Shown here piece by piece: positions 48,046 through 62,100 of a stretch of DNA of 64,000 bases. The number at the start of each line of letters is the position of its first letter. Position 1 is the stretch's first letter. The stretch comes from Antedon mediterranea (Eukaryota; Animalia; Echinodermata): NCBI RefSeq assembly GCF_964355755.1, contig NC_092670.1, positions 39,110,388 to 39,174,387 on the forward strand. The letters are read 5' to 3'. Position numbers and translations under genes: made by a program. The notes beneath the pieces were generated by a model. It was given only the letters and a program-made list of their open reading frames with translations. It was not told where the DNA came from and did not search any database.

Positions 48046-49148
48046 TGTTTAAATGTATATATACATTCAACCACATTAGTATTTCTGCATTCTACTTGAG
48101 CGGTTGTTCAACCCAACATTTGACTTTTTTAAATACAGATAGGCTTATACATTTTTCTCTGAAAATCCATTTTCTTTGATAACTTCAGATTCAGATTTAT
48201 TACGTCATTCATACATATCACAATGATTATTGGCAGAAATGGCAGAAAAACACAAGCATAACAACACACACATAATATTTACATTTATGATCAACATGGA
48301 ACTAACAACTGATCAAGCAATATAAAATACAAAAGACCTAATGACCAAACTTATAACAGGAAAGAGTGTCATTTCACTCTTCCCTGCACATACTTTCTAA
48401 TACAAGCATGTATGAAGTAAAGGGAATTTTAAAACAATATTGATTCAATTCAATTCAATTCAATTTCGTTATTGCTACAAATGCCATCAAGGGCTAATAA
48501 CCGCTAAAGCATACAACCTCATACAAACATAATTCATCATCATTCATCACCACTACTGCTTTTCGCAAAATGAAAATTACTTATGCTCGTAAATAAATGT
48601 AAACGAATATAATGTACACTGGCCTGATTAATAAATGAAACAAACAATTGATTGGCGTTTGACCCTAGATGATGGATTATCATTATAGCACTTACTTTAT
48701 TTTTTCAAATTACAAAAATCGTTACAATTTAAAACTAAAATCATACGTTTAGTTCTTTAATTAGTGTGATTCACATCAATCATCATTTTACGATGGCTAC
48801 TGATTGGTAATTACTCGAATAATGGTGAACAAATAAACTATGTCTAACTAATTATTACCTAAATCAACACAAAACTGTTAGCAATTAAGACGTACTCTTT
48901 TATACGATTGTAATTGAAGACGTATGATGAAATATTGTTTTACACCTTTTCATTTCCATTCTATAAACGTTTACGATTTATATCGAATACTATTATTAAT
49001 GAATAATACTTACAACCGAAATTTAATATCATAAAAAGGCCTAGCAACAGTAAACATAAGTATTGTTATTGTGTCATATAAAGTAGTTCCCACCAGCCTG
49101 TTTACAGTGACAATGATTCTATAAGACTATAATTCACTAATGAAAAAA

Positions 49149-49180
49149 TATATATAAGGCTACTAAAAGTAACACAGTGG
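49149..49180 (+). promoter_or_regulatory. Candidate TATA box and start region of the secreted lectin-kringle gene
   Basis: TATATATAAGG about 90 nt upstream of the signal-peptide ATG (49239), with reverse CCAAT motifs (ATTGG) near 48650 and 48803. Motifs like these are common in AT-rich DNA. Confidence 0.35.
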
Positions 49181-49238
49181 TATAATTGGATTTCGATTGC
49201 CAACGCGTCGAGTGTGTATTTTCAAGAATTATTAAAGT

Positions 49239-52200
49239 ATGGAATGTATAGCAGTTATTACTACTGCAGTGTGTCTGTTTTGTACTTGCAGTGCATGTAA
49301 GTATATTACATCTGCTTAAGCTCTGTCCACACTATCAAACTAGTTTGAGAATGTGATGTGCTAAAAAATTGTAGTGATATGCCCAAATGGTAGGGATATG
49401 ACATCATCATGTCCATATATGGCACATCACTCTTTTTCACATTTCAGACTTTTTCATAGGCACTGGAAGAGTAAAAATATATTATTACTTTCTTTTTTTA
49501 TTTTTTATCTTTTTTCGCATTTTTTTTTGTGTTACCAGATGATTAAATATAGGAAATATAACTTTAGTTTTATGTTCTTGGTGTTTTGATTAAACATTTC
49601 ATTTTCAAGCAATGCCCACATTTATGCACCATAAACACACTAACTTGTTTTCATTTTCCGCGAAGAAATGGTAACATGAGGTTGAACTATTGACTAAAAA
49701 GGTGTTTTTAGCAGAATGTTGTCAATTTAATTATTCTTTTTTTCGTTGTGATATCTGATATAATATATATAATGATGTACATTCAACAAAATGAATATCC
49801 TATATCGCAGAAATTGTGCTTCCCATGTGCGACATGTTAAACGTAAGATTTAACACAAACGTTTCTATTCAGTGAATTTTTTATATATTACTGTAATACT
49901 ATAATGTAATACTGTAATATAGTTTTAAATAGAATTGTACAGTAGAAATTACTTAATTAAAATTCAATACGGCATATTATTATTATTATTATTCTAAACA
50001 ATAGGTCTATACCAATTCTAATAATATAATTTTGTTTTAATAACAATCTGAGTTTGATGCCTGATGTGTTTTCAACTATTTTTTGCCTTCTTATTTTAAG
50101 TGTTTTATGTTTGTTGTCTTGTGATCTTGATGTTTCTTACATTCTTATGTTTTTTATTTGAAATAAAGGATGATTTTATAATTTATTTTTTAACCTCTTT
50201 GATATTGTAACCTTTGTTTTGTTTTGTCTTTTGGATGCTTTTTTTGTACTGCATTAAAGGTTTTATGGATGTTTTAACACGATTGTAACCTTTGTGGCGT
50301 AAACACCACTTTTACTCACATTATCATCTTTTATTTCATCACCATAAAATTATATTATTTTCATTATTAACAAATTTTGTTAATTTGATCAACTTCACCA
50401 GTAACATTTTAAATCTTGTAAATTCACTTTGTATTCCATATTACCTCCTTTCTTCTTAAATTTTCTTATATTTTTCTATACTCTATTTCTATGTTTTTGT
50501 GACTTCTCTGAACATCTTTTTCAATTTGCATATACTCTACGTCACATGTGATGCATGTGACACTGTTTTACAAAATTTGTCTTAATACTTACAAATTCTA
50601 TACATAAAGTACCAGGAAAATTCATTTCTAACCCAAAGTAGAGCGAAAGCAAAATTCTTAATATAGCCTACTTACATTCTGCGATATTTACTTGGAAAGC
50701 TTACTAACATTTTAATATCGGTAGTAATAAATATTAATGATGCATTTGAACCATTACGTAGTAATATGTCACTTTTGTTACTTTATTTCATGAATGGTTA
50801 AAATACACGAGTTATACATTATGACTATTGGCATCATTATTACAGAACCAGTAGTAATTTAAACAACATTTCATTATGCCGTAATAAGTTGTCATCACTA
50901 ATACCCGATTCAGTCACGTACACAAATTTAACAAAATGTATAAAGCGATGTCTACACTATCAAACTAGTTTGAAAAAAAAAACAAGTTCGATTGTGCCCA
51001 AATATGATAGTGATTATTATTATGTGGGCACATCACATTAGTGACTATCAAACTTTATGTGACAAAAAAATGTGATGTGCCCATATATGGACATGATCAT
51101 ATAACTAATATATTTTGGCATATCACTATTATATTTGGGCACATCACACTTTTTTTTTGTCAAATTAGTTTGATAGTGTAGACAGAGCTATACAGTTCTT
51201 TTACAAGCTAGTAGAAGATTTCGTTATATCAATGTAATCTTTGTCGACTTAAGTATTAAATATACGTATACGCGCGCAGAAACGCTTTTCACACGTGCGT
51301 ACCAAGTTAACAATTTTTTACGCTATTACATTTCGTAAAATGTCTGTACGTGAATCGTGACATACTTGTAACCATTTGTTACATTTGTGTTGCCGGGTAT
51401 TGTATTGATTATTGTAGTACGTTTTGTAAAGTTTAATATTAATTTATGTTATGTATTTTTATTTAAATTGACAAGCATACTAACAACTTTATGAATGTCG
51501 TAAATATTAGCCTAGAGCTTATTTCTAATATATTTTAATTCATCGAAGAACAGGCGACAGTCAATTACAGGAATCCTTAAAAACAATATTAAAATACAAT
51601 AAAAATGACAATACAATTGACATACTAAAATAATAGAAATGTTATAAAAAATAATATAATAAAAATTAATTATAATTATATTAACCGACTATATAGCGCA
51701 AGTCATCTAGGTAATAATTCTACAATAATTAGAATTACCAAAACAGTACAATAGAAATCACACTTTAAGAGGGTGATGTGTTTTGGAAGAGGATACGTTT
51801 AACCAAGCAGATATAAAACCCGCATAATATTTAACATTAATAACGTATACATCATTGTATTTGTTCATTTCAAATAAATATTTATTTTCTTCATAAAAAA
51901 ATAGAGAAGAAATTGAGAGTACATTTTAAAATGACTGCACGTTGTTGTCTGTATCAACTCCAACTCACTGAACATAATATAGTACAAACATGACAGAAGA
52001 AAATACATTGTGTAGGAAGACAGTATTAGTCCAAAAGCTTTAAGTGTGGTTCTCCAAAAAAGAAAGAAAAAATATTAAGAAATATTTAAAGATATATTTT
52101 CTCCACAACAATTTTGTTTTAAATTTGTGTGTTGAATATGCCATTTTAATTTCACATAACAGTTATTCACTGTGACCAAAAACTAATCGAAAACAAATTA

Positions 52201-55200
52201 TTTAAATGAAAAAACTGTAATTTAAAGCAGACAAATGGTTTTTGGTAAAAATTAACCGTTTCTTTTAACTTTTTAAATAATAATTATTGTTGTTTTTTTT
52301 TCTATTTTTTATTCATTAAAACTGCAAAATGGGCTATTAAAAGTCTGATTTTATAAATCATTATTTTTTATGATTTTGGGGACAATACATTTCCACACAC
52401 TTTGTTTTTATAGCATATGTATCGTATAAGAAAACAGTGACATCAAAGTCCGTACACTGGAGTTCACCACCTGTGACTGCTATTACAGATGGCGACGATG
52501 CTGGACTCTGTTTCAAATCAGGTGAGACCTCTTCAAGCGATACATTTTTAAATACATCTTTTACTATGGCGCGCCGTAAAAGAAAACATCGCGAGTGTTC
52601 CGACACCGAAAACACCGAATTTGTCGAAGTGCAGCTTATTCGACAACAACATCCTTTAGAAAAATACACAAAGTTCGATATTCAGCTTATAATCAGGTGT
52701 GTTAATGGGACAAAACAACCTTTCCGACGGCGAAAAACTCTCGAGTTCGATATGGGACTTATTCGTCAATGCAGTAGGCATATTCTTCTCAAGCTCTGTC
52801 TACACTATCACATTTTATGTGAAACAAAGTTTGATGTGCTTAAATATAGTGATGACATCATCATGTCCATGGGTACATCACACTTTTTTGTCACATAGAT
52901 AGTGTGATAGTGTATACAGAGCTTCAGATTCATGATGCTTTTACAGGTTAAAAGAGATAAAGAAGAGCAGGGATCGTCGGAATCTGTCCTGGGAAGGTTA
53001 TACTAAAGATATGTTAGTAAGATAATAAGCCTACACTATTGTTTGTCAGGGCAATATCCTTCTGACATTTAGTATAAACTATATTTTTCATTTCATTTAT
53101 TTATTTCATTTTACAAATATATAAATATAAAGTGGAGGAGCCTAAAAGAAAGCAAAGCTTGTGGTGAATAGGCTCCTCAAAACAAAACAAATAAAATATA
53201 AATAATATAACACAATTAGAAACTCCAAAAAAACAACAATTAAACTAATATCTTTTCTCATATTGACGTGTGATGTGGTCAAATATCATAGTGATATGAC
53301 ATCATCATGTCCATATATGGGCAAATCACATTTGTTTGTCACATAAAGTTTGATAGTGTCGACAGAGCTTAACACTGCAAGTGATAATTATGTATGACTT
53401 TTTTTTTAGCGAATTCAGTGCAAGAATGGATCACAATCGACCTCGATAAGACGTACAAGGTATCCAGTGTAGTAGTAATAAACGTTGCTGCTGAGGAAGG
53501 TAGGTTTACACGTGTTGACCAATGACAAGCTACAGTTCGAATAATTCATGGCTTGTGATTGGTCAACTACTTACGTTGCGTTACGTCCTTGAGTTGCGTC
53601 TCTAGTGGGAACCAATGAAAGTGAATCAATCAGATTACATGCTTCAAAAAATGTTATACTGTCCCCTCAATTTTTAGTCACGTGGACGCGACTCTATAGT
53701 TCACTATGCCGGTCGGTCTGTCTGTCGGTCTGTCTGTCGGTCCGGTATCACTATGCGTTTTATTGCTTTTCTGTACTTTTTTAACTGTTTTGATGTCAAC
53801 GATTTTCTCGTATTTAACATAGGTCAAAAACCAAATAACATTTTAAATTGAAACTTTGCAAAAGTTTAATTTATATCAGGCGCTAACTTTCTGTTGAAAA
53901 AAAATGTGTGTTTTACACAAAGTTACGCGCGCACGCGCATTTAAAATTTCAACATGCGCAAAATTAATTTTTAATAAACTTTCTACGCGTTTCTTGTCAT
54001 TTTGAGCATGTCAAAAATTCCCATACGCGCGCTAATTTTTACGCACGAGGTGCGCACAGCGTTAAAAAGATACTTTTTTCGCGTGATTTATGTTTTTGCA
54101 GCCTTTCATAATAATTTTACCAACTTTTAAACAATTTCGACTTAAAATTACGTCATACGAGCACGTCGAATTGGATAATTTGCGCACGTTTTTGATGAAA
54201 AAGTTCAAAAATTCGTCAAAATTATGCCTTTTTAGTCGCGTGGACGCGACTCTATAGTTCACTATGTCGGTCAGTATGTCTGTCGGTCTGTCTGTCGGTC
54301 CGGTATCACTATTCATTGTAGCACGCGACTTAATGGCTGTTGGCCTTGTTTTTGTTAGAGTAGGTTATTTCACTCTTAAAACGATTTACCTGATAAACCC
54401 ATAATTTGAAGTAAATGGTCAACCGGAAGCAAACGAAGGTTGGAGGTCAATGCGTTTTTGGTTAAATGTTCACAGCGAACGCGAATAAATTAAAATTAAA
54501 TCATGGAGTACAAATTCTTTACTCCATGATTAAATTAAATATAACTGATTTTACTCATCTTATTTCTTATATTTTAGGAGACAATACACATCTTCTCATC
54601 TGAAATTCCTTCTTCATATAACTAAAGAAAAACACTTTTCATTGTTTAGGTTCAGATGAGCACTTGAGAATGGTAGACGCGGAGGTACATGTCAGCTCCT
54701 CTAGTAGCATACTGTTTGAGAATGACGTAAGACGATGTGGAACTCCTGCCAATACAACACAAGTCTCCACTAGTCAAATAATTGAGTTCGAATGCTCACC
54801 AACAATACGTGGACAATACGTATCAGTTTTGTATTCTTCCAAGTCGGAAACACTGAACATTTGTGAAGTTAGAGTTTACGACGAAGAAGAAATAGGAATA
54901 GGTATTATTTACCTTGTTTTTTTTTAAATATCGTACGAATATTGTAGTGCATGTTATCTTAAAATAAAAAATCCTAATTATCTAATTTTTAAACTTTTGC
55001 ATTCCTCTTTTTTTATAACTTATTTTGTCATGGTGAAAAGGGAGGATATTTTATATTCCTCTTCTGAGTTTATAGCCTCTATACCCGAACACGAACAAAA
55101 TAGACATTTACGATTTTAATGACTGTATATAGTCTTTTATCACCATGCAAATATGGTTTTATATTGAAATCAATCTTCTTAGGCCTATTATGTAAATATG

Positions 55201-57765
55201 CATATATTTTCAACACTGAAAGAATTTTAGTACTATACAATAGAGAGGCAACAAATATGCATATAAATATTTAATTGTAATAAATGTACATATATATATA
55301 TATACATATAAAACATAGAATTATAATAAAAGTGGGAAGATCCCGCAAAATAAAAAATAATAAAAAACCTCATAAATAATTTCTAGCTCGTAATGAAAAT
55401 AGTCGTAATCATGGTATTCAATAAGTACATATATTTATTTGATAGGCGAGTGCAGTGATCCGCCATTAAGAATTAACTATTATGGGGTCGTTGGACACAC
55501 CGCAGACGGAATAATATGCCAACATTGGAACTCGATGACTCCGCATACCGATCTTATAATCGTACCTAGTTCTTATTTAATACATAACTTATGCAGGAAC
55601 CCGGACTTTGATTCTTTTGGCCCGTGGTGCTACACAATGGATCCGTCGGTGCGATTTGGTTACTGCAACGTCCCGGATATGATTGAACCGTGTCCGCAAG
55701 GTAGGGAATAATGCTTGGTTCCCACTAGAGACACAAGACAAGAACGTAGCGCAACGTAAGTGAGTTGACCAATCACAAGCGATGGATTATTCGAACTGTC
55801 GCTTGTCATTAGTTAACTCGCTTGCGTTGCGTCTACGTCCTTGCGTTGCGTCTCTAGTTGGAACCACGCTTTACAGTACAGACAAAGTTGCCTCGTACCT
55901 TGTGTAAATGCGCGGTAATGCACTCGAGTCAACAGCTGCGCATGCTCAGTGTCCTTCCATTGTCATACAAGTTGTTAAAAGTATGTTTACAAACGAGCAA
56001 GCATTTTCAAATTTGCTTTAAACTAATGTAATTTTTAGGCCTAATTTATATTTTTTTTTAATTGCCTTTTAGATCCATTTACTGATAACCTCAATCCAAT
56101 TGGTTGTTGGTCAGTGGATAATCTATGTGTGCTAGGAGCGACTGAAGAGGAGTTATTCCCAATAGCTATCAAAGATCTGGACTTCAACAATAGGCCTAAT
56201 ATTACAGATTGCTTGGCCAAAATTGAACCACCCCAAAGGTTTGTGATGAAAACGAGATACTCGTATTTCACCAACCCGGTTAGTGAACTGTCTATTGCGC
56301 TGATGATCAACGCCCAAAACATCTCCTCTGGAATTATCTTAACCTTTGGAAACATTAATACTGACATTCTTAAGGTAAACCAGAAGTATTATAATGATGA
56401 GATGTATAGTTCAGAGGTCGAAGTTTACTATGGAAACAACCTATTGACACATGCGCATATGTTGTTACCGAATGTTTGGACACTTCTTGCCGTGACGTTT
56501 GATGGGCCAAAACAAACCATTAAACTGTGGCGAAACGGAGAGATAATGGCACTTGCTTACGTTGCTAAACCGTTCATTTCTTTCAACTCGCCTTCGGAAG
56601 ATGTTGAAGTTACGGTAGGAAGTGTCTCTGGAAATGTCAGAGCATACGTTGCCTTGTTAGATGTCTATAACAGAGTTTTAACGGAAGCAGAATTAAAAGC
56701 AATACGGGATAAAAGGCTAAAGCGTAAGTAGTAGATTAAGCGTGGTTCCCACTAGCGACGTAACGTAACGCAATCTATGCAACGTACGCATGCGTGATAT
56801 CAAACCTGCAATGTTTGCAGCACTATTGCGTCGTCGGTTCACACTTGTGATTACGCAATACACGTCGATACGCCGCTGCGTTGCGTTCTAGTGGGAACCA
56901 CGCTTAAGTAGCACGGTATTCAGTTCACAATGAAAATAAGAAAGTATAATTTAATGTAGAATACTTGCCAATTTCACGTAAATATACCGAATGTACAGTG
57001 ACTTTCTTGTATGCATAGAAACGTTGCGGAGCCTATTATAGTATACACTGGAAACATTTAGCAATAAAGGTTTTTCAAAGGTTTCTAGTGTACTGTGTAG
57101 ACCAGTTGACAAAACTATTGTACGGTACAAATTAGGCCATGCACCTTTTTGACAAACCAGTTTGCCGATTTGTGTGAACTCGGTGAAATTCTGCAGGTGG
57201 ACAGAATGACAGCCTCCAGTAATATAACTTAAATTGTATTGCTAGTGTGGACTTTTGTCAGTTTTTATGTTGTTGCTATTTTCCATACGCAGCATCCAAC
57301 CGTGAGTAACCCGCCAATTACAGGAGGGATAAACTATTTAATAATGTATATCCCACTTAAAACTTAGTCTAATTTGAGACTTAGTGAGTGGATTTGAAAG
57401 AGTCGTGAGTTACAACTCCCGAATGGAGACTAATGTTTCTAATCTAAAATTCTAATCAAATTTAATTTGTTTTCTATTGCATTTTAGTCGACAAAGGAAT
57501 AAGGCAAGGTGTGTTCTCAAAAAAGGAATTTTCTCTGCGTCCTCTGGGCTCAGTTGTAGTACGAGTGATCTGGTCACAAGCTATATGCTACCAAGTATGT
57601 ATCATTAATCCACTGTGTACAGCGTTTGGTTATAGTAAAGTAACCAGTGTTTGTGAACACTTTACTGACTTCGAGGTCATTCGAGAAACGAGTTCAACTG
57701 TTTACTACACCAAGATTGTGAACGAAGTTAAGAAGTGTGATTCTGAGAGTACAATTGAACCTTGA
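49239..57765 (+). CDS. Secreted mosaic protein: signal peptide - F-type lectin (fucolectin)-like - kringle - LamG/pentraxin-like - PAN/apple, 563 aa
   Basis: Exons 49239-49296 (MECIAVITTAVCLFCTCSA), 52414-52521, 53410-53499, 54650-54901 (F-type lectin motifs AITDG..C, EWITIDL, CG..I.FEC.P.IRGQYV..LNICEVRVY), 55446-55700 (kringle CQHWNSMTPH, NLCRNPD, GPWCYT, FGYCNVP), 56073-56723 (WTLLAVTFDG..IKLWRNG, VYNRVLTEAEL), 57488-57765 (CYQVC...CTAFGY...CE, stop TGA). All introns are phase 1. The first exon is the least certain. Confidence 0.82.
53670..54352 (+). mobile_element. DINE-1/HINE-like (Helentron-associated) element with duplicated head; inverse fragment at about 24072-24180
   Basis: TTTTTAGTCGCGTGGACGCGACTCTATAGTTCACTATG plus a (GTCG/GTCT)n microsatellite at about 53670 and 54229; 3' GCACGCGACT..GGCCTTGTTTTT end; T-rich flanks. 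Confidence 0.65.
54502..54528. mobile_element. 27-bp P-type transposon footprint
   Basis: CATGGAGTACAAATTCTTTACTCCATG flanked by the 7-bp direct repeat ATTAAAT. Confidence 0.65.
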
Positions 57766-59124
57766 TCATCTAGCTTACATTTTAGTATCAACCTGTTACT
57801 GGTTGAAAATAAAATATATAATGTGTATCCTGCGCAAGTCCAGAAAATGACATAATTACATTTGTCGTCGACAAACCAGGCTTGTAATGCAGAAATGATT
57901 AAAATGTATTGGCAAACACGATGACTGTATAGTAATTTATTGTTCATTTTAAGCTAAAAGTTATATTTGTTAAGTGTAAAAATACATTATAAGCTTTGCA
58001 TGAGATTATATCGATCTCAATAAAAAACAAATAAAAAAAAACAACTATTCTTTGCGATTTAAATAATAAGATATCAGTATTGTACATATAAATTAACTTC
58101 ATGTTTGTTTATAATATGTGAATCTATTTGAATTGATGTCAAGAAGCACTATACTGTAAATTACTAATAGTCTTCAAATTAAAGATGTATTGTCCCCAAA
58201 AACATGAAAAATAAAAAAATAGGCCATTTTGCAGTTTTAATAAAGAAAAAACAAAAACAAATTATTATTTCACTTAAAAAAAGACAAAAGAAACGTTTAG
58301 TTTTAACCAAAAACCATTGTCTGACAGACAATTTAAGTATTTAAAATTTTTAGATCCAGTTTTTGGTCAAACTATTATGTGACATTAAAATGGCATATTA
58401 AAAAAAATCTTTATAAAAAGTGTTTGGGGGACAATATATCTTTAAGTAATAAATATCTATATGTTATATATATATCTCATGTTTGGCCCTATACATTATT
58501 TATAAATTATATCAAAAAAAATGTTAGTTAACTATATTGCAGTATTTTATAACACAGCATAACAAAATTTAGGAAAAAAAATACATTTTAACATTAAATT
58601 ATCACAGTAATTTTGTAAATATAAAATTAATAAAAGATTGCACAACTTGTAAAACAGTGAAGCAAAATATGTCATGAGTTTTTTTTATAAATTTCATTAA
58701 AAATTGTCCTCTACAAAATTTTCCATTTTCCACCAAAAGACTTTTTCTGAAAATCCGAGAGATTGCAAGATACAGTAGCTGATATTTTTTTTAATATAAC
58801 TGAACCTAACCGTAAATAATCTGACAAAACAAAGGGCTCCAGTTTTACAAGCTAAAGTGTATAGCATTAAGCCAAAGAACTGGCTTGCAGAAAAACTTGA
58901 CATAACCAGATAACCCATTTGATCCATGTCCATGCTTATATAGCGCCGCCTATAATGTGCTTTCTAAAATGCACATTCTCTCGGATTTTTTGAGAAAAAC
59001 TACCTAAAAAAAGGGGCTTATTTCATGCTTATTTAACTTCATAGCTGTATAAAAATAACAATGGGTTTGGATCGTTTATAATTACCATAATTATAATAAT
59101 AACAATAAATGTAAATTTGAGTTT

Positions 59125-62100
59125 TTAAGTTGGTATATTAAATGCGAATTCATCTGTGTGTTTAAAAGCCGCATCCACAACATCTGCGAATATTGAATGC
59201 CATAAAGACTTGCCTCGTGGCCAGATGTTTTTTAAAAATCCTAGATGTCCTCCGTGTGATGTGACGATGAGGGCGACATTCTCTTGGGTACATGACTCAT
59301 CAATCGGAAGGGCTGCAATTAAATATAACATCAACGGTTTTATGTCGTAATCAATGTTTTATTTCGGTGGTGTGTTGATGGTGTGTAAAATAAAGTCTAA
59401 AACTATACTATGTTCACTTAGGAAAATAAAAGCAAAAATTATACACGTACTATCAACTGACAACTTTTAAGAAGTTTCCTAAAACGTGATGATTTCTAAA
59501 GGCCAAGACCGAATGGACAACTTTCAAAAATAGGTGGTGGAGCATCCTCATGCATACATTTTTACTATTTTAATACACAACAAACAGCAATTACCAATTA
59601 AAATTACAGTATGGATAAACTTACTATAACATAAACTAAGTCTTTGGTTTGGGGAGTTGTTAGAAACATATGAAGAGCAACAACCCTGGCACTAGGTCAG
59701 GATTGAACCCTGGACCTTGGAATTGGAAAGCAAGCATGTTAAACACAAAGCTACAGCTCCACTACAATAATAAATAAAAATTGAAAAACAACTTTACCTC
59801 TGACAGGAGAAAATGGATCATTTTCGGCATTCAAACAAACGGTTGGAATTTTAATAGAATTAATTTTCTTGTGTAAACACGCATCTTCGTAGTATTCATT
59901 TACGTCAGCATAACCAAATACTTTGGATGTAAAACTAGCGTCAAATTGACGGATGCTAGTTGCCTTTTAGATGGAAAAAGATTTTATTGTATATTGTTTT
60001 CTAGTATGTGAAAAGGAATGAATTGAAATATTTTATTTATACTGGCCGACCTCTTCAGTCAAAGAAGACTTGTCTCCCAGAGGGCCCAGTTATATGATCA
60101 CCTACTCATCTTGAAAGATGTACTAGGTTCTTTAAAGTGGACACGAGCTTGATGTGTACACTGGACCTATGGTTTATTGTCCTTATTCGAGAAGACTTGT
60201 TCTACCACCAAACCCATGGAGTGAGTGAGCTTCGAACACTTGCCGATTATGGCTACGTAATTACGGTCCCACCACTCGCTTACTCACGCTCCCGTAGCAT
60301 GTGCAAAAATGTTGAAAATAATTCTTTACAGTTTCTTTATGTGTGCGATGATGCATATGGCTCACCTATTCATCTGCAGTAAACCCAGGATTTTTATTTT
60401 TCTAACTAACATTTGACCCCATTGTCTGGCAATCCAATTTAACTTAACTAAATTGTTTTGATATCTTTATTGACATAAATACAGTACACTTACTTTTAAA
60501 GCATCTTCTAAATCACTTGGCTTCAAACAATCTTTAAATTTACTAACATGCCTAAAAATGAATTAACATATAAGCAAATTAAAAGATATATTGTCCCCCT
60601 TAAAAAAATTGTTGTTGTTGTTGAATATGCCATTTTAATGTCACATAATAGCTATTCATTTTGACCAAAATTTGGATCGAAAAAAAAATGTATTCACCTG
60701 AAAAAACTATAATTTAAAGCCATAAATAGTCAAATTGGTTGCCAGGCAATGGGTTTTTGGTTGAATTTAACTGTTTATTTATAATTTTTTAAATGAAAAC
60801 ATTATTTTCGTTTGTTTCGCCTTTTTTTGATGGAAGTATTTAACTTTATAAAACTGTTAAATGGCCTATTCAAATTCTTTTTTTATTAATCTTAATTTTT
60901 CTTGACATCTTTAACATTTTCCCTTTAGAAAGCATGTGGCCATCACCCGCACCCCCAATCCAGTTTGTTAGTGTGTTAATATAAATTAAATCTAACCTTA
61001 GTAAGACGCTACGTAAGTTTAACGCCAGTGCATAGTTGAGTGTCCACCGGTTCACTGGTTTCTCTAATTCTTTAGTTGATTCAAACATATTCCAAGCTGT
61101 TGATACAGTAAATGCTGCCACCAACGGCGTATCAGTCCCAACTTTCGCCAAATAATTGAACAGAATAATACTGCAAAAATATAAAGAAATGTCAATTACA
61201 GTCTATTGATGGAAAAAAAAAATTGATTTTTGATAATAATGATGATAAATTAAATATTGTCTTTTGTGAATGGAAATGATTAAAAAAATATGGTCGGGTA
61301 ATCAAGATATCACCACAGACTTTACATTACTTATTTCATTTCATTACTTTCGTCAGAAAAGAACAAATGCATAACAAAAGAAAAGAGTTCAAAATCCTAA
61401 AGACTGATTAACAAAAAGTGGTTTACCAAAATGAAAATTTAAAAAAGTTCTATAATTAAAATACAGGAGGCCTAAAAGAAAGTAGTGACAATCATGTGAA
61501 GTGATAAACTTAATTTGATGTCCTATTTTCTGCATTACAATTTAAGAGAGGGGGCCTGGACCGGCTGACCTCTTCCCTCCACCCTACCTGCCCCTTAATA
61601 CTACCGATATTTTGAAATTTCATTTGCTACATACCCTCCCAATGACGCCCCAGCTGCCATCAATGTTGCTTCAGGGTAAAGGTCATGTACATGTTCTATT
61701 ACAAGCTTTAGGTCATCGGTATTTGCTGCACAATACGTACGAGGTGTCTGAAAAAGAAACCAAATTAGTGTTTGCAAATGTTTTATATTAATTGCAAATA
61801 TAGGTTAAGAATGTTTGTGTTAACAGCTTTGGACTTGAATGTTCTAACTATCGAACTAGTTTGACAAAAAAGTGTGATGTGCTCAAATATGGTAGTGATA
61901 TGACATTATCAATCTCCATATATGGGCACATCACATTTTATTGTCACAAAAAGTTTGATAGTGAACAGAGCTTAAAAATAGATTAAAATAAAACCAATTA
62001 AAATACCTTCAACTCAGCTCCTCCTAAACCTCTGTTGTTAAAAACGACTGCTCTGTAACCAAGGCTGGTAACAGAGTCTACCATTTGAAGGACATATCCT

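Noticed and set aside
52437-52898. 153-aa ORF
   Set aside because: Only the part up to 52521 is exonic; the rest reads through a GT donor into intronic repeat and MITE sequence.
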